DNA from: Rhizobium sp. Q54
Lineage (GTDB): Bacteria > Pseudomonadota > Alphaproteobacteria > ATCC43930 > CGMCC-115725
Direction: 5' to 3'
Length of the DNA stretch: 64,000 nt
NCBI GenBank assembly: GCA_945861155.1
Contig: CAMATN010000004.1
Span: 3,237 to 67,236, forward strand
Part shown: piece by piece, positions 26,951 through 37,109 of the stretch
Position numbering within the stretch: position 1 is the first letter of the stretch
Layout: each line of letters opens with the position of its first letter
Translations under genes and position numbers: made by a program
Notes under the pieces: generated by a model
The model's input: only the letters and a program-made list of their open reading frames with translations
The model's database searches: none
Told to the model about the DNA's origin: nothing

Positions 26951-27364
26951 ATGTACCCGGATCAGAATCACATACTCGTGATCGACAGCGAAACGACACG
27001 CCGGCAATTGACCGAGCGGGTTTTGCTGCAGGAGGGCTTCGTCGTCACGGCGGTGTCTGAGGGATTTTCCGCGATACGCGCCGCGAGCTGCCATCGGTTC
27101 GCGCTAGCGCTCACCGCGGTGCAATTGCCCGGCACGCTCGACGGCGTCGTCACCGTGCGTCAGATCCGGGCGGGCCAGCCCCGGCTCAAGGCCCTCTATA
27201 CCGGCGAGGCCGCCCGGCGGCCGGCGTTGCCCGATCTGGGTCGCGACGATTTCATTGCCTCGCCGTATCTGGGACGCGAACTGCTCGGCTGCGTGTTCGA
27301 ATTGCTGCAGCGCGACCCGTCGCGAGAGGCCGCCGGGCTGCGCTATCGTGGCCGCGCCGGGTAG
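26951..27364 (+). CDS. response-regulator receiver-like domain lacking the phospho-acceptor (pseudo-receiver)
   Basis: ILVIDSE…FALALTAVQLPGTLDG…ALYTGEA…DDFIASPY aligns by eye to REC, but the Asp acceptor position is Thr and the conserved Lys position is Ser. Confidence 0.55.
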   Translation: MYPDQNHILVIDSETTRRQLTERVLLQEGFVVTAVSEGFSAIRAASCHRFALALTAVQLPGTLDGVVTVRQIRAGQPRLKALYTGEAARRPALPDLGRDDFIASPYLGRELLGCVFELLQRDPSREAAGLRYRGRAG

Positions 27365-27404
27365 CGCAACAGCAGCGTCCCCGGAGGGTCGTCCGTATTA
27401 CGGG

Positions 27405-27716
27405 CTAGCTGCGCTTGCGGCGCGGCGCGTGCGCGGCGGGCCGCGCCGACGGTTTACGGCGGGTGGACGCAGCTCGAGGCTTCGCCCCCGCTTTTTTGGG
27501 TTTGCGCCGCGAGAGCCGCCCGGCGATCCAGGCCAGCGCCACGGGACCGCGGCCGTCGGCGAACAGCGCCACCGGAATCGACACGAGCCCGAGCGCCATG
27601 ACCGCCGCCGCCGTGCGCTCCCATTCCGAGAATTCGCCGACGACGATCGCGAACCCAAGGACCAGCCCGAGACCGAAGACCAGCAGCGCGGACTTGGTGT
27701 AGCGCATTTGCGTCAT
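27405..27716 (-). CDS. small membrane protein with a basic C-terminal tail
   Basis: MTQMRYTKSALLVFGLGLVLGFAIVV… has two TM segments followed by an Arg/Lys-rich tail. Confidence 0.4.
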   Translation of the reverse strand: MTQMRYTKSALLVFGLGLVLGFAIVVGEFSEWERTAAAVMALGLVSIPVALFADGRGPVALAWIAGRLSRRKPKKAGAKPRAASTRRKPSARPAAHAPRRKRS

Positions 27717-27722
27717 CACAGA

Positions 27723-27748
27723 CCCTTCTCCCGCGGAGCGGGAGAGGG
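27723..27748. repeat. GC-rich REP-like hairpin
   Basis: CCCTTCTCCCGC … GCGGGAGAGGG, between the VOC gene and the small membrane-protein gene. Confidence 0.55.
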
Positions 27749-27759
27749 AATCATATCGT

Positions 27760-28350
27760 CTATTCCGCCGCCGGCGCTTTCGCGGTGCCGAAATGCGGGT
27801 AATTGGTATCGTCGACGAAGGCTTCGTCGCCCTCGGTCGGCACCGGCTCCGCGTAGTCGATCGCGCCCTGGATGTTGTCGCCCCACACCTCGCGCGGCAA
27901 TTCGTACAGCACCTCGACGCCATACCCGTTGGGGTCGCTGATATAGAGGCTGTGGGTCATGCCGTGATTGACCCGGCGGTGGAACTTGACGCCGTTCTGG
28001 CGCAGCCACGCCATTTGCTTAAGCCAGGCTTCGCGGTTCGGCATCGTGATTGCGATGTGGTTGATCGCGACCGGCATGTCGAACATCTGCCAGTCGGCCG
28101 GCGGCTTCGGCAGGTTCGGGTTCTCCACGAGCGCGATGTCGTGGTGGTTCATCTGCCCGCTATGGTCGCCGCTATAGAAGCGCATCGGGCGGCGGCTCGA
28201 CGCGCCGACCTGCTTGAAGCCGAGTATCTCGGTCCAGAAGCGGTGCGACTCCTCGATGTCGCGCACGTTGATCACCAGATGGTTGATGCCGCCCGGGGTC
28301 ACCGCTTCAGCCGGGGCCGGGGGAGCGATAGGGGAAGTCCCGTCCGCCAT
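27760..28350 (-). CDS. VOC (glyoxalase / extradiol dioxygenase) family protein
   Basis: Two beta-alpha-beta-beta-beta modules (INHLVINVRDIEESHRFW…; INHIAITMPNREAW…HSLYISDPNGYGVEV). Confidence 0.7.
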   Translation of the reverse strand: MADGTSPIAPPAPAEAVTPGGINHLVINVRDIEESHRFWTEILGFKQVGASSRRPMRFYSGDHSGQMNHHDIALVENPNLPKPPADWQMFDMPVAINHIAITMPNREAWLKQMAWLRQNGVKFHRRVNHGMTHSLYISDPNGYGVEVLYELPREVWGDNIQGAIDYAEPVPTEGDEAFVDDTNYPHFGTAKAPAAE

Positions 28351-28414
28351 GATCTTGTCTCCCAATGTGTTCCAGTAGTATAGGGCTGCGCCGCGCGCTT
28401 TGCGAGGCGGCAAA

Positions 28415-29368
28415 TCAGCGGTTGAGCCAGCGGCGCGCGAAGCCGAGCAGGCCCTGCGGCATGAAGATGACCATCGCGATAAAGATGATGCCGACCGGGA
28501 TCAGGTAGAACTCGGTGAAAAACCGCGACAGCACCTCGCGCAGCAGCAGAAAAAACGCGGCGCCGACGATCGGACCCACGAGGGTGCCGATGCCGCCGAT
28601 CACGTTGAAGATGACGACCTCGCCCGACACGAGGAAAAACACGAAATCGGGGGAGGCAAAGCGGTTCTGGACCGCGTAGAGAACCCCGGCGAGGCCGGCG
28701 AACAGCCCCGACAGCATCACCGCGACGATCTTGTAGCGCTCGATCGGGTAGCCGATCGCGCGGGTGCGCGCCTCGTTCTCGCGGATCGATTGCAGCACCA
28801 TGCCAAACGGCGACTGGGTGATGCGGCGCAGGATCAGATAGGACAGCACAACGACCGCGAGCACGAACCAGTGCAGCGTTTCGGTGGTGAACGGGACCGA
28901 GAACAGGCCGGGGAAATCGAGCCGCGGGCGGCTGAAGGTCAGCCCGTTCTCGCCGCCGGTCACCTCGGTCCAGGTGAAGATGATGACATAAAATATCTGC
29001 GAGAAGATCAACGTTGTGATCGCGAAATAGATGTCGCGCAGCCGCGTCGAGAAATAGGCGACACAAGCAGCCACCGCCGCCGACGCGACGAGCCCATAGG
29101 GCAGCGCAACCCACAGGCTCGGCGGGCTGACGGTCAACAGCGCCGCCGCCGCGCCATACATGCCGAGCCCGAAAAACGCCGAATGGCCGAACGAAACGAG
29201 CCCGACATAGCCGATCAGGATGTCCGACGACATCGCCAAGAGGCCCCAGATCAGGATCTCGGTCAGGAATCCGGCCCAGAACTTGGGCAGACCCAGCGGC
29301 GCGACGGCGAGCAATGCGACGATAGCGCAGAACCCGGCCCAGAACAGGACGGAGTGACGGATTCTCAT
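28415..29368 (-). CDS. branched-chain-amino-acid-type ABC permease (LivM-like)
   Basis: Multi-TM protein. The start ATGA overlaps the LivH-like stop. The 538-aa ORF in the track is an artefactual 5-prime extension. Confidence 0.85.
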   Translation of the reverse strand: MRIRHSVLFWAGFCAIVALLAVAPLGLPKFWAGFLTEILIWGLLAMSSDILIGYVGLVSFGHSAFFGLGMYGAAAALLTVSPPSLWVALPYGLVASAAVAACVAYFSTRLRDIYFAITTLIFSQIFYVIIFTWTEVTGGENGLTFSRPRLDFPGLFSVPFTTETLHWFVLAVVVLSYLILRRITQSPFGMVLQSIRENEARTRAIGYPIERYKIVAVMLSGLFAGLAGVLYAVQNRFASPDFVFFLVSGEVVIFNVIGGIGTLVGPIVGAAFFLLLREVLSRFFTEFYLIPVGIIFIAMVIFMPQGLLGFARRWLNR

Positions 29369-30258
29369 TTCGGAGTCGGCACAAAGAGGCCGGTCGGCCG
29401 AAACAACAGGGTCAGGATCAGCACGACAAACGACACGATGACCGCCTGGGAGGGGGGCACAAACAGCGAGGCGTAGGCTTCCAACAGACTGATGAAGATC
29501 GCGGCGAGGATCGAGCCGCCGAGATTGCCCATGCCGCCGACCACGACGACGATAAAGGCCCTCAACACCCAATCGAGCCCCATCGCGTGGTTGACCCCGA
29601 CCAGCGGTCCGAACAAGACGCCGCTTGCCGCGGCCATGCCGGCGCCGATCGCGAACACCGCGGTCAGCACCCAGGGCACCGGGATGCCCATCGCCTCGGC
29701 CATGACCCGGTCCTGCGTCGTCGCGCGGATCCAGATCCCGTAAGTGCCGAATTTCAGGAACAGCCACAGCGCCGCGATGATCGCCGCCGCGAGGCCCGCG
29801 ATGACCAGCCGATACCACGGGTATTGCAGGTAGAAGAACGCGAACTGCCCGGTGAACGGCTCCTGTATCTTGCGCGCCACCGGGCCGAACTGCCACAGCG
29901 CGTAATTCTGTAAGACCAGCGAGAGGCCGAACGTCGCCAGGATCGTCGTCAGCGGATCGCGCCCGATCAGCGGGCGCAGCGTCGTCAGGTGGATAACAGC
30001 GCCGAGCAGCGCGATCAGCAAGGAGGCGCAAACCAGCGCGACCCAGAAATTGCCGGTCGCCGCCAAGGTCAGCACGCCAACATAAGCGCCGAGCATGAAC
30101 AATTCGCCATGCGCGAAATTGACCACGTCCATGATGCCGAAGATCAAGGTCAACCCCGAGGCGACCAGCGCCAGGATCATGCCGGTAACGATGCCGTTGA
30201 CCGTCTGGATTAGCAGCTGGTCGAACGGAATCGCGGCAAAGAACGCGTCGAGCCCCAC
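29365..30258 (-). CDS. branched-chain-amino-acid-type ABC permease (LivH-like)
   Basis: 297-aa multi-TM protein (NFAHGELFMLGAY…). Confidence 0.85.
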   Translation of the reverse strand: MGLDAFFAAIPFDQLLIQTVNGIVTGMILALVASGLTLIFGIMDVVNFAHGELFMLGAYVGVLTLAATGNFWVALVCASLLIALLGAVIHLTTLRPLIGRDPLTTILATFGLSLVLQNYALWQFGPVARKIQEPFTGQFAFFYLQYPWYRLVIAGLAAAIIAALWLFLKFGTYGIWIRATTQDRVMAEAMGIPVPWVLTAVFAIGAGMAAASGVLFGPLVGVNHAMGLDWVLRAFIVVVVGGMGNLGGSILAAIFISLLEAYASLFVPPSQAVIVSFVVLILTLLFRPTGLFVPTPK

Positions 30259-30259
30259 C

Positions 30260-30976
<717 letters not shown>

Positions 30977-31095
30977 CGGCAACCCGCTAGAACCGTCGTC
31001 GGCGGCAACATGCGTGCGGAACGTCGTCCCCAGTGCGGCATCAGATTGCTTTGCTTTCGCTCGCAATGTTCGAGGCTGAATCCGGTGTTCTTGAC

Positions 31096-32055
31096 TTACC
31101 GGACCGCCACCGGAGAGACGGTCGAGCCCGTCCCGCCCTGGATCTTGAGCGGCTGCATGATGAAGGCGAATTCGTGGACGTTTTTGGCGGCCGCCTCATC
31201 GAGCTTCAGGTTCTCCAGCAGATGCACCCCGTTGACGACCAGCGCGATCTAGTGGACCGGCGCCGATAACGCCGGATCGGGGTTCGGGGTTACCTCCACC
31301 GGGAAGGTGTCCGAGCCCAACAGGATCGGATCCTTCGCGATCAGCCACTCGGCAGCCTTGACGCCGATGCCGGGGGCGGACTTGGTGTAGCGCGCGTTAT
31401 CCTTGCCGTACAGCTTGCCCCGGCCGGTGTGGATGATGATCGCGTCGCCCGGCTGCAAGGTGAGGTTTTGCTTCTTCAGTGCCCCCTCGAGATCCGCGAC
31501 CGTAATCTCGTAAGTGTCGTCGAGCATTTCGACGCCCTTCAATCCGGCGACGTCGATCAATACGCCGCGGGTGATGAAGGTCCCGACCTTGTCAATGCCG
31601 AGCTTGGTGAAACCCGTGCGGGTCCCGATCTCACTGACCTTGAAACAGTTGTATAGACTGTCGCGGTGGGTCTGGTGGGCAAAGCCATCGAGCTGCGTGC
31701 CGACCTGCCCGATCTCGGAGACGACGAGCTCCTCGTTGCTGCCGCGCTCGTTTGACGCGGTGTTCATGAACGTCCGCTTGACGTGCACATCGAAACGCCT
31801 GGTGCCGAAGAACGGCATCGCGCCGCTCAGCGGGTGAGCGAGCTCGGTCGCCTCGCCGGTCTTGATCAGTTTTATGGCGTTGAGCACGGTCTGCGGCTTC
31901 ATGTGGTTGCCCGAGCCCCGCTCGTCGCCCGCTCCCCACTTGGAAGGGCAGCGCACGCTGTCTGGCGGCGGCGACCACGACGGCGCCTGAGCTGCCGCCG
32001 GCATGACACCCAGCAGCAAGACCGAAACGGCGAAAGTGAATGCGATCGGTTTCAT
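31096..32055 (-). pseudogene. cyclase-family (kynurenine-formamidase-fold) secreted protein with an in-frame TAG at 31249-31251
   Basis: Signal peptide MKPIAFTFAVSVLLLGVMPAAAQA. The ORF stops after …LSAPVH, yet the same frame continues for 50 conserved-looking codons (IALVVNGVHLLENLKLDEAAAKNVHEFAFIMQPLKIQGGTGSTVSPVAVR) to the TAA at 31096. Confidence 0.6.
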
Positions 32056-32120
32056 TGATCCCTCCCTACCTCGCATATTGCATGCGCGTGCGTCCCACGT
32101 CGCCTTTGCGGCGATTACCC

Positions 32121-32915
32121 TCATGTCTTCAGATAAACCTCCAGCACACGCGGGTTCTGCTGGATCTCCGCCGGGGTTCCCTCGGCCAGGATCTCGCCGT
32201 AATGGAGCACGGTGATGCGGTGCGCCAGCTCCATCACGACGTGCATGTCGTGCTCGACAATCAGGATGGTCAGGTTGCGGGCGATCTGGCGCACCAGCGC
32301 CATCGTCTCGCGCGTTTCGGCGGCGCTCATCCCGGCGGTCGGCTCGTCGAGGCACAGGAGCTGCGGTTCGGTCGCCAGCGCGATGCCGATCTCCAAATTG
32401 CGCTGCTCGCCATGCGACAGATTGGCGGCCAGCTCGTCGGCCTTATCCGCCAACCTGACCTCCTGCAACACCGCCTGGGCCTTGTCGATGATGTCGCGAT
32501 AGGCGCGGTGGTGGGTCAGCATGCTCCAGGCGTGGCGGCGCGACTGGGCGGCGATGCGGACGTTTTCGAGGACGCTCGCATTGGGCAGGATGTTGGTGAT
32601 CTGGTACGAGCGGGCGATGCCCTTTTGCGAGATCCGGTTGGGCGGCAGGCCGGCGATCTCCTCGCCGTTGAATAGAACGTGCCCGGAGGTCGGCTTCAGC
32701 ACGCCGGTCAGGCAGTTGAAAAAGGTGCTCTTGCCGGCGCCGTTCGGGCCGATCACGGCGCGAATTTCGCCGCGCTGAACCGCGAAATCGACGCTGTTGA
32801 GCGCGGTCAGCCCGCCAAAGCGGATGGTCAGCCCCCGGGTGCGCAGGATCGGCTCGGCAGCGTCGCCGGGCGCGGTACTCGCAGGAGAGGCTTCGGCCAA
32901 AGGTTCGACAGGCAC
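32121..32915 (-). CDS. ABC ATP-binding protein (LivG-like)
   Basis: GPNGAGKST, LSHGEQRNLEIGIAL, LCLDEP. GTG start. Confidence 0.85.
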   Translation of the reverse strand: MPVEPLAEASPASTAPGDAAEPILRTRGLTIRFGGLTALNSVDFAVQRGEIRAVIGPNGAGKSTFFNCLTGVLKPTSGHVLFNGEEIAGLPPNRISQKGIARSYQITNILPNASVLENVRIAAQSRRHAWSMLTHHRAYRDIIDKAQAVLQEVRLADKADELAANLSHGEQRNLEIGIALATEPQLLCLDEPTAGMSAAETRETMALVRQIARNLTILIVEHDMHVVMELAHRITVLHYGEILAEGTPAEIQQNPRVLEVYLKT

Positions 32916-32929
32916 GGGTGATCCCTACC

Positions 32930-33046
32930 GCTGTCGTCCCGTGGGCCTTCAGCCCACGGACTTGTTCCGTGGGGAAAGCCGGGACCCATTCATCGACCGC
33001 TCGACCGGGTGGCGGGATGGGTCCCGGCTTTCGCCGGGACGACAGC
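32930..33046. repeat. MITE-like nested palindromic repeat, copy 1
   Basis: Outer arms GCTGTCGTCCC / GGGACGACAGC. Inner arms GGGGAAAGCCGGGACCCAT / ATGGGTCCCGGCTTTCGCC. Same family as 36035, 47672 and 53639. Confidence 0.75.
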
Positions 33047-33059
33047 TCATGTTAAAAAT

Positions 33060-34337
33060 TCAGACGAATTTGCAGGCCGGCGGGAAGACCGTCTTTTCTT
33101 TCGGGACGATTTCGAGGATCCGATACTTGCCGTCGCGGATTTCGTAGATGAACTCGCGGATGAAGGCTTGGTGATCCTCCTTGCGCAGGGTCTTGTCGCC
33201 TTGCGGGAAATCGTCGCCCTCCTTCATCTCCAGCCCTTCGAGGGCGGCGATCAATTTGTCGGTGTCGGCGCGGCCCTGAAAGCCCGATTTCTGGATGCCG
33301 AGCTTCAAGGCGTTCATCGCCTCGAAATTCGATTGGACGTAGCGGTCGGGGACCGTCGCGTTCGGATCGACCGCCTTGAGCCGGGCCGAGGCGTCATCAA
33401 AAAACTTCTTGTGGTGCGGCGTGTCGAGCGGCCCTTCGAGCAGCGGCACGTAGCGGTTGATGCCGACAAACCCCTCGATCTTGTTGCCGAGCGCCGGCAA
33501 ATTGGTGCTCTCGGCGAGCGCGCCGTCGCCGGCGAATTTGTATTTCTTGGTCAAGCCGAGATCGAACGCCTGATTGCCGATTGTCACCCCGTCCTTGCCG
33601 AAAAAGATGCCGAACAAGCCGTCGAAATCGCCGGTGATCTTGGACAGAAACGGCGTCATGTCGGCCGTGCCGATCGGGATGCCGGTGGTGCCGACGACCG
33701 TGCCGCCAGCCTTCTTGATCTGCTCGGCATAGGCGTCGCGGGTCGACTGGCCCCAGGCGTAGTCGGCAAACGCGATGTGCCACTTCTTGCCGATCTTGTT
33801 GACCAGATACGGCGCGAACGCCACCGCTTGCGCCGGCGCATAGTCGAACGGCCGGAAAGTGTAACGGCTGCACTTCGTCGTCGTCATCGTCGTGTCGAGG
33901 CAGACGCCGACCATGTTGACGATCTTGTGTTCCTCCCAGACCGGCATGCAGGCCAGGCACACATTCGAGAGGACGCCGCCGACATGGGCATCGATATTGT
34001 CCTCGACGGCCAATTTTTCGGCTTTGCGCCGGCCGACATCGGGCTTGGATTCGTAATCGGCGACAATCAGCTCGATCATCCGGCCGTTGATGCCGCCCGA
34101 TTTGTTGATGCGGTCGGTCGCCATCTGGACCCCGACCAGCGCCGTCTTGCCGATGATCGCGGCGGCGCCCGACAACGGCTGCAGCGTGCCGATCCGATAG
34201 GGCTTGGCGGCTTGCGCCAGCGCCACCCGCAACGGCAGTGGCGCCAGCAGCGTCCCGCCCAGCACCGCGGCGCTATTCGCCAGAACCCGGCGCCGCGTGA
34301 TGATTCCTCGCCCGTTCTGGGCTGTGTTGTGCGCCAT
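33060..34337 (-). CDS. ABC substrate-binding protein (LivK / type-1 PBP) with a Tat-like signal
   Basis: ITRRRVLANSAAVLGGTLLAPL… followed by the PBP1 pattern. The ATG at 34337 follows GGGGAGGGG. Confidence 0.8.
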   Translation of the reverse strand: MAHNTAQNGRGIITRRRVLANSAAVLGGTLLAPLPLRVALAQAAKPYRIGTLQPLSGAAAIIGKTALVGVQMATDRINKSGGINGRMIELIVADYESKPDVGRRKAEKLAVEDNIDAHVGGVLSNVCLACMPVWEEHKIVNMVGVCLDTTMTTTKCSRYTFRPFDYAPAQAVAFAPYLVNKIGKKWHIAFADYAWGQSTRDAYAEQIKKAGGTVVGTTGIPIGTADMTPFLSKITGDFDGLFGIFFGKDGVTIGNQAFDLGLTKKYKFAGDGALAESTNLPALGNKIEGFVGINRYVPLLEGPLDTPHHKKFFDDASARLKAVDPNATVPDRYVQSNFEAMNALKLGIQKSGFQGRADTDKLIAALEGLEMKEGDDFPQGDKTLRKEDHQAFIREFIYEIRDGKYRILEIVPKEKTVFPPACKFV

Positions 34338-34373
34338 CTCACCCCTCCCCATTTGTTCGTTGTCGCGGGAGCC

Positions 34374-35867
34374 CTAGGCCGGCCTCGCAACATAGCCGTA
34401 GCGCAGATTGCTGCGGCCCGGGCCGTTCGCGACGTAATCGGCCTTCAGCTCGGCAAAGCGGTCGGTCCGGGTCAGCTCGGCCTGCTTTTCGAGCCCGTAG
34501 AGCCGCGCCGAGTTGCCGCTGAAAATCGCGGTCTTGACCGGCCCGTCGGCGGCGCCCAGCGGCTTGAAGCCGTATTTCTTCTGCATCTCCGCGGGGATTT
34601 CGAGGCGGCGCAGGCCTTCGATCTGCCATTGCGGCGCGCCGGTCCACACCGCATCGGTCCCCCACAGGACGCGGTCGGGGCCGAGCCCCTTGACCAACAT
34701 GCCCATCAACGCCGCGGCGAGACGCGGCTCGGCAACGGTCGTCCAGGCGAAGATCTGCCCGAGATCGCCATAGACGTTGGTGACCCCGTATTTCTCCGGA
34801 ATCTCGGCGAGGTCGCTCGTCCACGAGCTGCGCCCGGTCTGGTCGAACTCCGCCATGCCCTCGGACGGCTTGGCGCCGACCCAGCGATAGGCCGAGTGGT
34901 AGATCAGGAAATTGAGCTGCGGCCAGTCCTTCGCCGCCTTGCCGACGTCGCGAACATCGGCATAGGGGCGCAGCCGCGCAAAGCGCTCTTCGGTCGCTGG
35001 CGCGAACAGCCCCTTGTGGATGCAGACGTTGCGAATGCCCGACTTCACCGCCTTCTCATAGAACGGGTACATCAGTTTTTCGTCGTCCGCATGCCAGGGG
35101 TGGGCCAACTCCTTGTTGGTGTTGTCGCCGACGGTGTAGCCCTTCCACGAATCCGGCTTAAAACGCTCGACAGCCTCGTCGACCTGGTCCAACCAGCCCG
35201 GCCGGCCCGGAGTGATTGTGAAATGGGCCAGCATGCGCCGATTGCCCGCGTTCCGGTTTACCTCTTCGCGGGTCTTGAACACCTGCTCCTGCGGGATGAA
35301 CCAGTCCTGGGGCACCTCTGACGCCGAGTTCGACAACAGCGCCACCTTGGTGTCGCTGTCCATGTATATCTCTTTGATATAATTGTCAAATTTCAAATCT
35401 TCGATGGTCTGTTCCTTGTCGGCCAGGGCCTTGTTCCAGCCCCATTTGCCGACATTCTCGCGCCCCCGGACGAAATTCGTTCGTGTGGTGTCGTCGCGCA
35501 GGAAATGGGTGTGCCCGTCGATCACCATCTGCCCCGAAAGCGCCTGGGCGCGCTGCTCGGCCAGTTCGGGGGTCGCCGCTTCGGCGATGCTGGCCTCGAA
35601 CACGCGGCCAAACACCTGGTTCAGCGCTACGAACGAGGCGGCCATGCCGGCGGCGGTCTGAAAGAAGCGCCGGCGCGACAGCCCCTGGCGTTTCGCGAGG
35701 GCGTCGCTCATTTCCGTCAGCCTGGCCTCGACCTCGCGCTGTCGCGCGGTCTGCGGGACCGGCAAATATTCGTCGCTCGAGACGATCTGGGTCGGCACCG
35801 GCGACGGAAACGATGCGGTTTCGGCCGGCAGCAACCCGGCCAGTTGTTTCTCGGTCAGGAATTTCAT
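34374..35867 (-). CDS. amidohydrolase-family metal hydrolase with a Tat signal
   Basis: SRRRFFQTAAGMAASFVAL, then VIDGHTHF and an Amidohydro_2-like layout. Confidence 0.7.
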   Translation of the reverse strand: MKFLTEKQLAGLLPAETASFPSPVPTQIVSSDEYLPVPQTARQREVEARLTEMSDALAKRQGLSRRRFFQTAAGMAASFVALNQVFGRVFEASIAEAATPELAEQRAQALSGQMVIDGHTHFLRDDTTRTNFVRGRENVGKWGWNKALADKEQTIEDLKFDNYIKEIYMDSDTKVALLSNSASEVPQDWFIPQEQVFKTREEVNRNAGNRRMLAHFTITPGRPGWLDQVDEAVERFKPDSWKGYTVGDNTNKELAHPWHADDEKLMYPFYEKAVKSGIRNVCIHKGLFAPATEERFARLRPYADVRDVGKAAKDWPQLNFLIYHSAYRWVGAKPSEGMAEFDQTGRSSWTSDLAEIPEKYGVTNVYGDLGQIFAWTTVAEPRLAAALMGMLVKGLGPDRVLWGTDAVWTGAPQWQIEGLRRLEIPAEMQKKYGFKPLGAADGPVKTAIFSGNSARLYGLEKQAELTRTDRFAELKADYVANGPGRSNLRYGYVARPA

Positions 35868-36034
35868 GAGCCCTCCCCCCGGCTGCGGCCCCAGCGTCAG
35901 CCCTGGCGCTTCACGCGCCTTACGGCAATCGTAACCCGATTGCCGGGCTGCCGGCCAGCGTCGTGTAACCGCGGAAATTCAGACCCTGAAGCACGATCGG
36001 GGGCGCATAGGCGTTAACTTTGGCGCCTCTCAAC

Positions 36035-36137
36035 TGTCATTCCGGGGCGCCGCGCAGCGGCGAACCCGGAATCCATATTCCAGAGGCCCGTGTTTATGGA
36101 TTCCGGGTTCCACCCTTCCGGCGGCCCCGGAATGACA
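36035..36137. repeat. MITE-like nested palindromic repeat, copy 2
   Basis: TGTCATTCCGGGGC … GCCCCGGAATGACA, with inner GAACCCGGAATCCAT / ATGGATTCCGGGTTC. Confidence 0.75.
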
Positions 36138-36167
36138 ATTAGATGGTTGACACACCATCCCGGTGCT

Positions 36168-36392
36168 TCAGCCCCGACGGCGCAGCCAGATGGCGGCGCT
36201 GCAGCCGAGGGCCAGTCCGGCGGCGAGCAGCAGCAGCGTCCGTCCGTAGTCGAACTCGCCCGCACCGACTCGGAACGATACCGGCTGGCTTGGGTTGGTG
36301 TCGCCCGAGGCAATTGCGGCGACGACTTCGGGCTCGGTTTCCGGGGTCGTCGCCGTCGAGGTCTGCGCGCGATCGGCGATGCTCTGGTCCAT
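36168..36392 (-). CDS. hypothetical tail-anchored small protein
   Basis: ORF only. C-terminal TM plus RRRG (LLLLAAGLALGCSAAIWLRRRG). Confidence 0.3.
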   Translation of the reverse strand: MDQSIADRAQTSTATTPETEPEVVAAIASGDTNPSQPVSFRVGAGEFDYGRTLLLLAAGLALGCSAAIWLRRRG

Positions 36393-36556
36393 GGCGATAT
36401 GTCCGTGGTTGCGTGGTGCCTATTCAACAGCGCCGGCCGGGATCGGTTCGCCTGATTCGTAACGCGGTCGCCCTGCGGTTGACGCCCCGCCCAACCAACC
36501 ATAGCCTCGGCGGCGCTCGGTCAGGGTCAGTCGATCAGGTTTAAGGAGTTGGGGCG

Positions 36557-37093
36557 ATGAAGGGTTGGCGGGTCGGTATGTTGGGAATTGTCTGCCTCGG
36601 CGCCGGCGCGGGGGCCGCTGCATCGGCGGAACTGCGCGCGGAAATGCGGCTGGCAACGGCCACCGGGTCGGGCGACGCTGTCGGTTCGCTCACGATCGCC
36701 GACAACCCGGCCGGCGCCGCGGTCACGACCTCGCTCAGCAAACTGCCCCCTGGCCTGCACGGCTTCCACGTCCATGAGAACGGGTCGTGCCAGCCAACCA
36801 CCCCGAGCGGCGGTCCGCCGGTCCCGGCCGGCGCCGCCGGCGGTCATTTCGACCCGCAGAAAGCCGCCAAGCACGCTGGCCCGCAAGGCGCCGGCCATCT
36901 CGGCGATCTGCCGGTGCTGCAGGTCGCGGCCGACGGCAGCGCGACTCAGAATTTGACCGCGCCGCTGATTAAGGATGTCGCGGCCTTGCGCGGCAAGGCG
37001 GTGGTTATCCATGCCGGCGGCGATAATTACAGCGACCAGCCCGCACCGCTCGGCGGCGGCGGCGCCCGCCTCGCCTGCGGAATCCTCCAATAG
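36557..37093 (+). CDS. sodC: periplasmic Cu/Zn superoxide dismutase
   Basis: GFHVHENGSC, GGHFDP, GHLGDLP, VVIHAGGDNYSD, GGGGARLACG. Signal peptide present. SD AAGGAG. Confidence 0.9.
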   Translation: MKGWRVGMLGIVCLGAGAGAAASAELRAEMRLATATGSGDAVGSLTIADNPAGAAVTTSLSKLPPGLHGFHVHENGSCQPTTPSGGPPVPAGAAGGHFDPQKAAKHAGPQGAGHLGDLPVLQVAADGSATQNLTAPLIKDVAALRGKAVVIHAGGDNYSDQPAPLGGGGARLACGILQ

Positions 37094-37109
37094 ACGGGAT
37101 TGGCGCCTT

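Noticed and set aside
28415-30031. 538-aa version of the LivM-like ORF
   Set aside because: The 5-prime 220 codons overlap the LivH-like gene in another frame. The ATG at 29368 overlaps the LivH-like stop (ATGA) and gives a normal 317-aa permease.
31249-31251. The TAG as programmed recoding (pyrrolysine or suppression)
   Set aside because: Nothing in the window supports it: I saw no pyl genes or suppressor tRNA, and this is a bacterial high-GC context. A nonsense mutation or a base-call error is the simpler explanation.
33009-35321. 770-aa plus-strand ORF
   Set aside because: It is antisense to the substrate-binding and amidohydrolase genes, starts inside a MITE, and has no motifs.
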